UHGV virus genome: UHGV-2009704
DNA length: 8,909 nucleotides
Direction: 5' to 3' (one strand)
Origin: a virus
Of this stretch, positions 1 through 6,472 are shown piece by piece. How positions within the stretch are numbered: the first letter of the stretch is position 1; every line of letters begins with the position of its first letter. The translations under genes were made by a program, and so were the position numbers. The notes beneath the pieces are model-generated. The model had not been told where the DNA came from. It searched no databases and worked only from the letters and a program-made list of their open reading frames with translations.

Positions 1-188
1 TAACGTGAAGACTTCATTACCGACAGATTTTCCGGAGAACGTGGTGACGGCAGTTGAAACCAATGTGTTGAGGTTGCACTGTCGCTTAAGCCGAGAATAC
101 GGTATTAAGTAAGATATGGGGTTTGGCCGTTGTTAATGAGCAGGACAATCATGACCGCCAACGACTGGATTCTCCCTTGGTTTATGTT

Positions 189-221
189 GGTGCGCATAAT
201 GTACGACTCGTTATGTTGAAA
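189..221. other. attL: degenerate dif-like site (XerC arm GGTGCGCATAA, 11-nt central region TGTACGACTCG, XerD-like arm TTATGTTGAAA)
   Basis: The first 15 nt are identical to the perfect dif at 8506-8520. The central region is 11 nt instead of 6, and the XerD-like arm matches TTATGTTAAAT at 9 of 11 positions. Confidence 0.7.
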
Positions 222-222
222 A

Positions 223-254
223 GGCCGCTGCGAAAATAGAATCCCGCAGCGGCC
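223..254 (-). terminator. Rho-independent terminator of the minus-strand accessory operon
   Basis: Perfect 10-bp GC-rich stem GGCCGCTGCG / CGCAGCGGCC with a 12-nt loop. On the minus strand it is followed by TTTTCAACATAA, 32 nt past the stop of the 286-990 CDS. Confidence 0.6.
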
Positions 255-285
255 TCTTTAGCATAACGTCATTGTGCGAACCAAT

Positions 286-990
286 TCATAATGCTGCGGG
301 AGCCACGTAATAGACAATCACAAATACAGCTAATGCTCCACCTGCTCTTACCCAGTTTGATATTTTGACTTCTATAAACCCGGGTATAAATGAGACTACC
401 CCAGCAACTGCTGCTGAAAGAATTATTCGAAAGAAAGTGTATTGAAAGTTCGTTGGATTAGGTATAAATATTGCGATTATTATAAAAAGAATAACAAGTA
501 AAATGCCAAAGCTAAATGCCGCTATTCTCTCGTGTGCTTTTGTCAATTTTTCTTTTCCTTTATTGTCAAATCCATATACTGGCATATCTTCATTAACGAA
601 AAGATTCCTTATTTCTTTTGCAGAACGTTTGTCATGGGCTTTTACTATCCTTTGCATTGAAGCAAAAGCAGTGGAGCTTGGTTTAATACTATTATCATTC
701 ATTACCTCTCTATATTTTTTGTAATGAGCTAAGATAAGGTGAAGAACATCAATGCATGTTTCTGCAAGCCATTGATTCCATTGAGTATTATTTAATTCAT
801 CTACTGTTCTGTTATGTGCAGCGCAGTGTTCTAAATAGCCGAAAAAACTGTCTCCACATGAATTCACGGTATCAAAATCACATTTACCAGATAGGTAACA
901 CTCTAATGACTCAGTATATTTTTCATATAAACGCTCAATTTCTTTTTTTTGATTATCAATGATACCGTGAACATCCATATCTGATTTCAC
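286..990 (-). CDS. Hypothetical protein (234 aa) with Cys-rich N-terminal soluble domain and 2-3 C-terminal transmembrane helices; accessory (moron) gene
   Basis: Long ORF from the six-frame track. The C-terminal 70 aa form hydrophobic stretches (IAAFSFGILLVILFIIIAIFIP, FFRIILSAAVAGVVSFIPGFI, ALAVFVIVYYVAPAAL). The start is either GTG at 988-990, overlapping the upstream stop (TAGTG), or ATG at 976-978. A terminator lies downstream. I recognise no homolog. Confidence 0.6.
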   Translation of the reverse strand: MKSDMDVHGIIDNQKKEIERLYEKYTESLECYLSGKCDFDTVNSCGDSFFGYLEHCAAHNRTVDELNNTQWNQWLAETCIDVLHLILAHYKKYREVMNDNSIKPSSTAFASMQRIVKAHDKRSAKEIRNLFVNEDMPVYGFDNKGKEKLTKAHERIAAFSFGILLVILFIIIAIFIPNPTNFQYTFFRIILSAAVAGVVSFIPGFIEVKISNWVRAGGALAVFVIVYYVAPAAL

Positions 991-1265
991 TATCTTTTTT
1001 GTTGAGTGTTATTTGACTGGGATTGAATTTTTGCCAATAGCGAACTTGCTTTCGATGTATTCAATCCATTACAAATCATTCTTGTAATCGGTTTTTTGTA
1101 AATTCGATGAACGATATTTTCAACTTCAGTGATGCTTTCATTGCCACTGAGTTTTTTTATCTCATTGAACATCTCCTCCAATTGTTCATTTGTTGGATGC
1201 CATTTGATTATATCTAATTCTTCCTCTAATGCTTTTTTAAAAAGGAAAACCTGAAAAGATAACAT
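990..1265 (-). CDS. Hypothetical small protein (91 aa) with conserved C-terminal tail GLNTSKASSLLAKIQ
   Basis: ATG at 1263-1265 is preceded by the strong RBS AAGGAAAG. The stop overlaps the start of the 286-990 gene. The C-terminal tail is homologous to that of the upstream small ORF, with synonymous third-position differences. Confidence 0.55.
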   Translation of the reverse strand: MLSFQVFLFKKALEEELDIIKWHPTNEQLEEMFNEIKKLSGNESITEVENIVHRIYKKPITRMICNGLNTSKASSLLAKIQSQSNNTQQKR

Positions 1266-1266
1266 A

Positions 1267-1563
1267 TTACTTTCCTTGTGTTGGTTTAGTAGTGGATTGT
1301 TGAGCTTTTTCTAAAAGCCTTTTTGCTTTAGATGTGTCCAAACCATCTTGGGCAAAGCCTTGTTGCTTATCATTCTGTTTTTGTTCACTTTTTTTTGGCG
1401 TATTCATCAGTATATACTTTGACTCGTTTTGTTTATCTCGATGACTTACTTTTTGTTTAAGTTTTGCACAAACTAGAACGTGCAGTGTTGGTAATACTGC
1501 ACGTTTGTACCATTCGTGGTACTTAATCCTTTTGTTTGGCAGACATGAGATCTTCTGCTGCAT
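1267..1563 (-). CDS. Hypothetical Lys/Gln-rich small protein with conserved C-terminal tail GLDTSKAKRLLEKAQ; start uncertain
   Basis: The ORF ends with TAA at 1267-1269, 1 nt before the next gene's ATG. The C-terminal 20 codons are supported by paralogy with the 990-1265 tail. Alternative starts are TTG 1581, ATG 1563 (overlaps the upstream ORF by about 40 nt) or ATG 1407. Confidence 0.4.
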   Translation of the reverse strand: MQQKISCLPNKRIKYHEWYKRAVLPTLHVLVCAKLKQKVSHRDKQNESKYILMNTPKKSEQKQNDKQQGFAQDGLDTSKAKRLLEKAQQSTTKPTQGK

Positions 1564-1705
1564 CTTTAGAGTAGTTATCAATCAGATAACCTAAAATCTC
1601 TGTCCATGTAATTGTTTTTCCTAGTTTTACACTGGCATTTATAGCCAGTCGTTCTAGTTTCATTTTTCTTTCTTCCGTCACGTTATAAGTCGTGCGCTTT
1701 GCCAT
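1523..1705 (-). CDS. Putative small DNA-binding regulator (60 aa, possible ribbon-helix-helix fold), first gene of the divergent accessory operon
   Basis: Its N-terminus, MAKRTTYNVTEERKMKLERLAIN, has a beta-strand then helix pattern typical of RHH (Arc/CopG-like) proteins. It sits directly next to the divergent control region upstream of gII. The RBS is weak. Confidence 0.45.
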   Translation of the reverse strand: MAKRTTYNVTEERKMKLERLAINASVKLGKTITWTEILGYLIDNYSKDAAEDLMSAKQKD

Positions 1706-1874
1706 TTTTTACGCTCGTTCAATGCAATATTTGAAGTGAGTATACATGCTCATGAACTCATATCATCCAAGCCTCTTGAACTCACTAGCTCACTGATGTA
1801 ATGTTAAAACACTAATGAACTACTGAACTCATGTGTTAGTAAGTCGTCATTTTTGCAATTTTGAGGATTTATTC
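1706..1874. promoter_or_regulatory. Divergent control region between the accessory operon and gII, with repeated TGAACT(C/A) motifs (candidate operators or iterons)
   Basis: TGAACTCA occurs at 1753-1760, 1777-1784 and 1824-1831, and TGAACTAC at 1816-1823. CTCACT is duplicated at 1781-1795. Possible gII promoter: -35 TTGAAC 1776-1781, -10 TAATGT 1799-1804. Possible minus-strand -10: TATACT at 1744-1739. Confidence 0.5.
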
Positions 1875-2927
1875 GTGATCGATTGGCTTACCGGGATTTT
1901 CCCTTGCACACACAAACCGCTTCCGGCGGGGAGTGTTGTCAGCGTTGATGCTGACGGTGCAATTGAGTGGGAAACCGTTAAGCGACTGACTGTTCGCGGC
2001 TCGCATGAAGCAACGATGAAAGTACGATCGATAGGATCTAATGGCGAAGGTAAAGCGACACATTTGTACATTGATGGTAATCCGTCCAAGTTTTTGCAGG
2101 GGCATTCTGTTGTTGGGTCGGATGATATACAAGGGCTCATGTTGACGGTCTATGCCAGGATTTTATCCTTATTGAATATTCCTCATGATTTAGCGTCTTA
2201 TAAAGCTGTTATAGCAGGTCAGTATAAAATTTCACGTGTTGACATTAATTACATGTATTCATTATCTACGCTAGAAAATGTCAGATCATGGCTTTATGCC
2301 GCCGAATTTAAAGCTAAAACACGCCATGGTCGCGCATGTGGGAAAGGCGGTACAGTTTATTTAGGTAAAAACTCCCGTCGATGGAGTCTGAAATTTTATT
2401 CAAAATATGATGAACACGTTTCGGGTAAAAAAGGGCACCAGATAGCCGAAGATTTTGTACGAGCCGGGTTACTGGACTGGACGAAAGATAAATTACGTAT
2501 TGAATTAACATTAAGAACAACTGAGCTTATTGATTTAAATTTAACGCTTGGCGCTAACTGGAATATGAAAACACCACGTCAATTATTCTCTGAATATGTA
2601 GGGAGAATAGAAATGAATCAGAATGCTATTTTAAGTGATGAAAAAATAACGAAACTGCCAAGAAAAATACAGTCAACTTATTTACTTTGGAAACAAGGGG
2701 CTAACATGAAAGAAATGTTACCTCATAACACTTTTTATCGCCATAGAAGAGAATTGCTTTCGTTCGGTATCGATATTAATTTCTATTGTGATTCACCAGA
2801 CTCTAATAACGTTGTTCCGCTAATAAGAACGCTGGAAGCCAAGCCAGTGGAAATCCCCTTATGGATTTATGAGAAAGGTTTTATTTTCGATTACAACCGT
2901 ATTTCGCACGCCAGTAGCTGGCATTAA
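1875..2927 (+). CDS. gII: Replication initiation protein pII (rolling-circle nickase)
   Basis: Recalled similarity to M13 pII: N-terminal MIDWL vs MIDML, KFLQGHSVVG vs KVLQGHNVFG, and C-terminal SNNVVPLIR vs CNNVVPLVR. GTG at 1875 has the RBS GAGGA 7 nt upstream. The track ORF starts at GTG 1833, which has no RBS. Confidence 0.85.
   Translation: MIDWLTGIFPCTHKPLPAGSVVSVDADGAIEWETVKRLTVRGSHEATMKVRSIGSNGEGKATHLYIDGNPSKFLQGHSVVGSDDIQGLMLTVYARILSLLNIPHDLASYKAVIAGQYKISRVDINYMYSLSTLENVRSWLYAAEFKAKTRHGRACGKGGTVYLGKNSRRWSLKFYSKYDEHVSGKKGHQIAEDFVRAGLLDWTKDKLRIELTLRTTELIDLNLTLGANWNMKTPRQLFSEYVGRIEMNQNAILSDEKITKLPRKIQSTYLLWKQGANMKEMLPHNTFYRHRRELLSFGIDINFYCDSPDSNNVVPLIRTLEAKPVEIPLWIYEKGFIFDYNRISHASSWH
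2613..2927 (+). CDS. gX: pX, in-frame internal initiation product of gII (104 aa)
   Basis: Internal ATG at 2613 is preceded by GGGAGAA. Its position and N-terminal MN match the M13 gX start within gII. Called by analogy with Ff. Confidence 0.5.
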   Translation: MNQNAILSDEKITKLPRKIQSTYLLWKQGANMKEMLPHNTFYRHRRELLSFGIDINFYCDSPDSNNVVPLIRTLEAKPVEIPLWIYEKGFIFDYNRISHASSWH

Positions 2928-2938
2928 AGGAAAGTAAT

Positions 2939-3256
2939 ATGTCTAATTATGGTCTTTTCGTTAAGGGTAAAATGTTGGGAGCCCGCCAACGTAATAAAGT
3001 TAATGGTCAGGGCTATTATAATGAAATTGGTATTGGCCTTGAAATACCTGATGGTTTTGGTGGTACAAAGCAGGATCAAATTATTATTCGAGTTTCTCAG
3101 ACTCTCGTTAACGCAGGTCTAATGAACCAGGCGAATGCTTTCATTGGGAAATTAGTTCAAATTCCTGTCTATGTCCGTGCGTGGTCAATGGAGGGTAGGG
3201 AAGGTGTAACTTATAATGTTTCTTCCGATGGTGGCATCGCAGAGATCAAAGGTTAA
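2939..3256 (+). CDS. gV: Putative ssDNA-binding protein pV (105 aa, divergent)
   Basis: Sits at the canonical gV position, immediately after gII, with the strong RBS AAGGAAAG. Sequence resemblance to the Ff gV OB-fold is only weak (GQGYYNEIGIGLEIPDG vs GKPYSLNEQLCYVDLGNEYP). Confidence 0.6.
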   Translation: MSNYGLFVKGKMLGARQRNKVNGQGYYNEIGIGLEIPDGFGGTKQDQIIIRVSQTLVNAGLMNQANAFIGKLVQIPVYVRAWSMEGREGVTYNVSSDGGIAEIKG

Positions 3257-3258
3257 AT

Positions 3259-3345
3259 ATGGACGATGTTATTCAAATTTTGATAGCGTCTGGCATCGTT
3301 ATTTCTTTTGGCCTCGGCGCGATTACTGCGGGGGTCTTTCGTTAA
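3259..3345 (+). CDS. gVII: Minor coat protein pVII (28 aa)
   Basis: Small hydrophobic ORF MDDVIQILIASGIVISFGLGAITAGVFR in the Ff gVII position, with RBS AAAGG. Its stop overlaps the gIX start (TAATG). Confidence 0.6.
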   Translation: MDDVIQILIASGIVISFGLGAITAGVFR

Positions 3346-3440
3346 TGTATATCGTTTATTTCTTCGGGGCTTATACCTTTGGTTTTGCCCTTTTCTATGC
3401 GGTCGGTTCATTTAAATCATTTTCTGACCGATTAATGTAA
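3345..3440 (+). CDS. gIX: Minor coat protein pIX (31 aa)
   Basis: MYIVYFFGAYTFGFALFYAVGSFKSFSDRLM resembles M13 pIX, including the C-terminal RLM motif. It is translationally coupled to gVII. Confidence 0.6.
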   Translation: MYIVYFFGAYTFGFALFYAVGSFKSFSDRLM

Positions 3441-3459
3441 CCTTAATGGAGTTATTCCT

Positions 3460-3702
3460 ATGAAAATTCTGTCTACTGTTAAATATAAAGTTGCTCTGGC
3501 TTCAACTGCGCTTTTTGTTTCTGCAAGTTCTTTTGCGGCTGAAGGCGCTACAGGTGGTACTGATTATGCAGGTCAGGCAATGGATGCTTTGTTGACTCAG
3601 GCAAATGATCTCATTGGTAAAGTATGGCCTGTTGTTGTGGCTGTGGTTGGCGCTGGGCTTGCCATTCGTATTTTCAAAAAATTCTCTTCAAAAGCGGTTT
3701 GA
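3460..3702 (+). CDS. gVIII: Major coat protein pVIII precursor (80 aa)
   Basis: Signal peptide ending SSFA, then mature AEGATGG...[25 protein letters not shown]. This closely matches the IKe/Ff major coat protein, including the C-terminal basic [11 protein letters not shown] is GGAG. Confidence 0.9.
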   Translation: MKILSTVKYKVALASTALFVSASSFAAEGATGGTDYAGQAMDALLTQANDLIGKVWPVVVAVVGAGLAIRIFKKFSSKAV

Positions 3703-3711
3703 ATTTCACTC

Positions 3712-3735
3712 AGGGGCACTCGTTGCCCCTTTATT
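3712..3735 (+). terminator. Rho-independent terminator downstream of gVIII
   Basis: 7-bp stem AGGGGCA / TGCCCCT with a 5-nt loop, followed by TTATT. This is the same position as the strong terminator after gene VIII in Ff phages. Confidence 0.7.
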
Positions 3736-3748
3736 AAAGCGGGTTACT

Positions 3749-5029
3749 ATGAAAAGGAAAATATTAATTCTTTCCGCTGTCCTCATTTCTCCTTTTTCAC
3801 ATGCTGAGTCATGGGAAAGCATTACTAAATCCACTTATCAAAGCTCTGCCTACGCTGAAAGTAAGCAAATAACCAATCAGGATGGCTCTAAGTCAACGGT
3901 TTACTATATTGATGCTGCTATGCAGGCCTCCGCTTGTCAGGGTGCTAAATCCAGTGCTCAGAGTGTATTTACTCAGGTTAAACCAACTTATGAGGGTATC
4001 TGGCCTGATTCTGAATTCCGTCTTGTTTTTACTGGTGATTGTACTTACAGCGATTCACCAGGGCAGAAGGATAAATATTGGTCTTTAACGGCTTATATTG
4101 TTGGTGATATTCAGCGTTCTGTTCCTGATGAAAAACCTACTGACCCGACACCAGAAGAAATTTGTGAAGCGAAGCCGCCAGAAGAAGGTGTATTTAATAA
4201 TGTTGATTCATATGATGGTGGTCGTTATATCTACTATAACGGCTGTGAATATGAGGCTACTGGTGTCATTGTTTGTCAGGGTGATGGTACTGTTTGCGCT
4301 GCAACATGGAAGCCTACAGGTACTGTAGCTGACCCCTCTGATAAACCCTCAACCCCCCAAAATGGTGGTGGTGAGTCTGGCGGTGGTGAGTCTGGCGGTG
4401 GTGAGTCCGGTGGCGGTAGTTCTGGCGGTGGTGAGTCCGGTGGCGGTAGTTCTGGCGGTGGTGAGTCCGGTGGCGGTAGTTCTGGCGGTGGCTTTAGTGG
4501 TTCCAGTCTTTCTAAAGGTGATATTCAGTCTGCTATCGAAGGTGCTTCACCCAAAATAGCCAGCGATATTCATGATAAATTAACGGAGAAAGACACTTCA
4601 TCAGATGATAAAAAAAATGCCGATGAACAAACTAGGAATAATATAAATCGTCTTGACGATTCCATTAACAATCTTACGCGGGGGGCTGGCCGTTTTGCTG
4701 ACCCTTCAGGTGGTGATTCTCGTTATGGAAAGGGCGACTCTGAATTAGATGGCGCTTCTACTTTGGCTGATTCTGAATTGGGAATTGAAAAGGATTCTCA
4801 CGGTGCTTTATGGGAAGCATTTTTAAATAAAGGTGCTATGCTGCCTAATTTACCCAATGGTAACGGCTGCTCTGATTTTATTATTTTTCCCGGAGAGGTT
4901 TATCAGATTGATATTGGTTGCGATAAATTACTGACTATTAAAGATGTTCTTTCATGGGTTTTTTATTGCCTTACGTTCTGGTATGTCTTTACTTCTTTAA
5001 CTTCATTGCTTCGCAAAGGGGGTGAGTGA
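3749..5029 (+). CDS. gIII: Minor coat / host-attachment protein pIII (426 aa)
   Basis: Signal peptide [19 protein letters not shown], a Gly-rich linker of ([10 protein letters not shown]) repeats, and a C-terminal membrane anchor IGCDKLL...[17 protein letters not shown] resembling IKe/Ff pIII. Its stop overlaps the gVI start. Confidence 0.9.
   Translation: MKRKILILSAVLISPFSHAESWESITKSTYQSSAYAESKQITNQDGSKSTVYYIDAAMQASACQGAKSSAQSVFTQVKPTYEGIWPDSEFRLVFTGDCTYSDSPGQKDKYWSLTAYIVGDIQRSVPDEKPTDPTPEEICEAKPPEEGVFNNVDSYDGGRYIYYNGCEYEATGVIVCQGDGTVCAATWKPTGTVADPSDKPSTPQNGGGESGGGESGGGESGGGSSGGGESGGGSSGGGESGGGSSGGGFSGSSLSKGDIQSAIEGASPKIASDIHDKLTEKDTSSDDKKNADEQTRNNINRLDDSINNLTRGAGRFADPSGGDSRYGKGDSELDGASTLADSELGIEKDSHGALWEAFLNKGAMLPNLPNGNGCSDFIIFPGEVYQIDIGCDKLLTIKDVLSWVFYCLTFWYVFTSLTSLLRKGGE
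4367..4486 (+). repeat. Tandem coding repeats in the gIII glycine-rich linker
   Basis: Two 15-bp units GGTGGTGAGTCTGGC (4367-4396) are followed by three perfect 30-bp units GGTGGTGAGTCCGGTGGCGGTAGTTCTGGC (4397-4426, 4427-4456, 4457-4486). Confidence 0.9.
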
Positions 5030-5370
5030 TGCCTTTATTATTAGGTATTCCTGCATTGTTGCGTTTTCTTATTGGTCTTGTTCCTTTGTTTATTGGCTAT
5101 GTGGCGAGTTTTTTAGCTCGACTTGCTACCAGAACAGGATTAATCGCCTTTGCATTGGTCGCATTAATTACAACAACTGTTACGCTTTTAATGCAGTACC
5201 TTGCTGAGGTCATGTATAACGGTTTACCTGCTGATTTCTCCCATTTAATGGCGTCTGTATTGCCTGACCATTTTCAGGCGTGTGTTAACGTTATTATGGT
5301 TACTCGTATCAGTGTTTTTGTTTTCGATTTAAAACAAAAATTTCTTGATTATGCAAACAGGGTGATTTAA
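5029..5370 (+). CDS. gVI: Minor coat protein pVI (113 aa)
   Basis: [24 protein letters not shown] resembles M13 pVI (MPVLLGIPLLLRFLGFLLV). The ATG overlaps the gIII stop, and the stop abuts the gI ATG. Confidence 0.85.
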   Translation: MPLLLGIPALLRFLIGLVPLFIGYVASFLARLATRTGLIAFALVALITTTVTLLMQYLAEVMYNGLPADFSHLMASVLPDHFQACVNVIMVTRISVFVFDLKQKFLDYANRVI

Positions 5371-6465
5371 ATGGCGGTTCATGTAGTAACAGGCAAATTA
5401 GGCTCAGGCAAGACACTTGTTAGTGTTTCCAGAATACAGGAAAGACTTGCTAAGGGTTGTCCTGTTGCCACTAATCTTGATCTTAAATTGCATAATATGC
5501 CTATGGTTGGGCGTTATGCGAAAAAAACGCGCGTTATTCGCATTCCTGACAAGCCTTCATTAAATGATTTACTTGCTATTGGTATTGGGAATACATCTTA
5601 CGATGAATCCCGTAATGGCCTCCTTGTACTTGATGAATGTGGTACTTGGTTTAATTCCCGCTCATGGGGTGATAAAGACAGACAACCTGTTATTGACTGG
5701 TTTTTACATGCCAGAAAATTAGGCTGGGATATTATATTTTTGATTCAGGATATTTCGATAATGGATAAGCAAGCTCGTCTGGCGCTTGCTGAGCATGTTG
5801 TTTATTGTCGCCGTTCAGATAAATTAAACATTCCTTTTGTTGGCTCCATTATGAATTTGGTTTCAGGGGCGCGATTTTCTTTACCAAAGGTACACTTTGG
5901 CATTGTCAAATATGGTGATAACGTTAATTCAATTACTGTTGATAAATGGATATACACCGGAAAATCATTATATTCCGCCTACAATACAAAACAGGTTTTT
6001 ACTGATAACTATCCGCATGGTGCTTATTCGCTTTTGCCACCATTTATCACGCACGGTCAATTTTCTGTTCACAGAGGATTTAATTATTATATGCGCCTCA
6101 CGAAAATTTATTTTCGCAAATCGAACCGTCTTATATTAATGCTTTCTTTTTTGGCGCTGGGGCTTGCGCTTGGTTTCTGGCTCCAGTCTGGAAAGAATGT
6201 TGATGAAATCTCCGCTATTAAATCTGCTTATGCTGAACAGGCGAGGGCGGTAACGCCTGATTCGTCCAGTGACTTACCCCGACTTTCTATTAATTCTTTT
6301 TCACAACTTGGCTTTGACGTTTCCGTTACGTTTGTTGATGCAAAAGGTACGAAATATCAGTATTTTGATTTGATTAAAGATGGTTATTCCGTTGATATTA
6401 AAGATGCCTGTCGTGTTGTTATTAGAAAAGGCCGTTATTTACAGACTGTTATCTGTCAGGAGTAA
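5371..6465 (+). CDS. gI: Assembly protein pI (Zot-like P-loop ATPase, 364 aa)
   Basis: MAVHVVTGKLGSGKTLVSV carries a Walker A motif, and there is extensive recalled similarity to M13 pI (LLVLDECGTWFN, IDWFLHARKLGWDIIFL, ALAEHVVYCRR). A transmembrane segment lies near residue 255. Confidence 0.9.
   Translation: MAVHVVTGKLGSGKTLVSVSRIQERLAKGCPVATNLDLKLHNMPMVGRYAKKTRVIRIPDKPSLNDLLAIGIGNTSYDESRNGLLVLDECGTWFNSRSWGDKDRQPVIDWFLHARKLGWDIIFLIQDISIMDKQARLALAEHVVYCRRSDKLNIPFVGSIMNLVSGARFSLPKVHFGIVKYGDNVNSITVDKWIYTGKSLYSAYNTKQVFTDNYPHGAYSLLPPFITHGQFSVHRGFNYYMRLTKIYFRKSNRLILMLSFLALGLALGFWLQSGKNVDEISAIKSAYAEQARAVTPDSSSDLPRLSINSFSQLGFDVSVTFVDAKGTKYQYFDLIKDGYSVDIKDACRVVIRKGRYLQTVICQE
6091..6465 (+). CDS. 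gXI: pXI, in-frame internal initiation product of gI (124 aa)
   Basis: Internal ATG at 6091 begins MRLTKIYFRK, which aligns with the M13 pXI start MKLTKIYLKK. An AGAGGA lies upstream. Called by analogy with Ff. Confidence 0.5.
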   Translation: MRLTKIYFRKSNRLILMLSFLALGLALGFWLQSGKNVDEISAIKSAYAEQARAVTPDSSSDLPRLSINSFSQLGFDVSVTFVDAKGTKYQYFDLIKDGYSVDIKDACRVVIRKGRYLQTVICQE

Positions 6466-6472
6466 TATTATT

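Noticed and set aside
2-112. Open frame running in from the left window edge to TAA at 110-112 (possible 3' end of a host gene)
   Set aside because: Only 36 codons are visible and I recognise no homolog; an open frame this short is weak evidence of coding.
503-962. Plus-strand ORFs 503-724 and 756-962
   Set aside because: They lie wholly antisense within the 286-990 minus-strand CDS, in AT-rich sequence, with no RBS. They are most likely frame artefacts.
1847-2520. Minus-strand ORFs 1847-2140, 1869-2132 and 2314-2520
   Set aside because: Antisense to gII, whose identity is supported by similarity to Ff pII. No independent support.
3216-3440. 74-aa ORF spanning the gV end through gIX
   Set aside because: The N-terminal part overlaps gV and gVII in another frame. 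Only the last 31 codons (3345-3440) correspond to a pIX-like protein with coupled start TAATG; the long form is an artefact of the upstream in-frame ATG.
3605-3748. N-terminal extension of the gIII ORF starting at 3605
   Set aside because: It would overlap the gVIII coding region and terminator. The signal-peptide-like start MKRKILIL at 3749 matches Ff pIII architecture.
4367-4486. Gly-linker tandem repeats as a CRISPR-like array
   Set aside because: The units are contiguous with no spacers, lie in-frame within gIII, and encode the expected [10 protein letters not shown] linker.
3882-4559. Alternative-frame ORFs inside gIII (3882-4088, 4098-4328, 4362-4559)
   Set aside because: Out of frame with the well-supported pIII. 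The 4362-4559 ORF is the Gly-linker repeat read in another frame, giving low-complexity VVSLAVVS repeats.
5022-5207. 61-aa ORF overlapping the gVI start
   Set aside because: Alternative frame of gVI with no RBS. pVI homology supports the 5029-5370 frame.
5897-6139. 80-aa ORF inside gI
   Set aside because: Out of frame with pI, with no support.
6380-6472. Upstream extension of the gIV ORF to 6380
   Set aside because: It overlaps the gI C-terminus. The signal peptide and RBS indicate the real start at ATG 6473.
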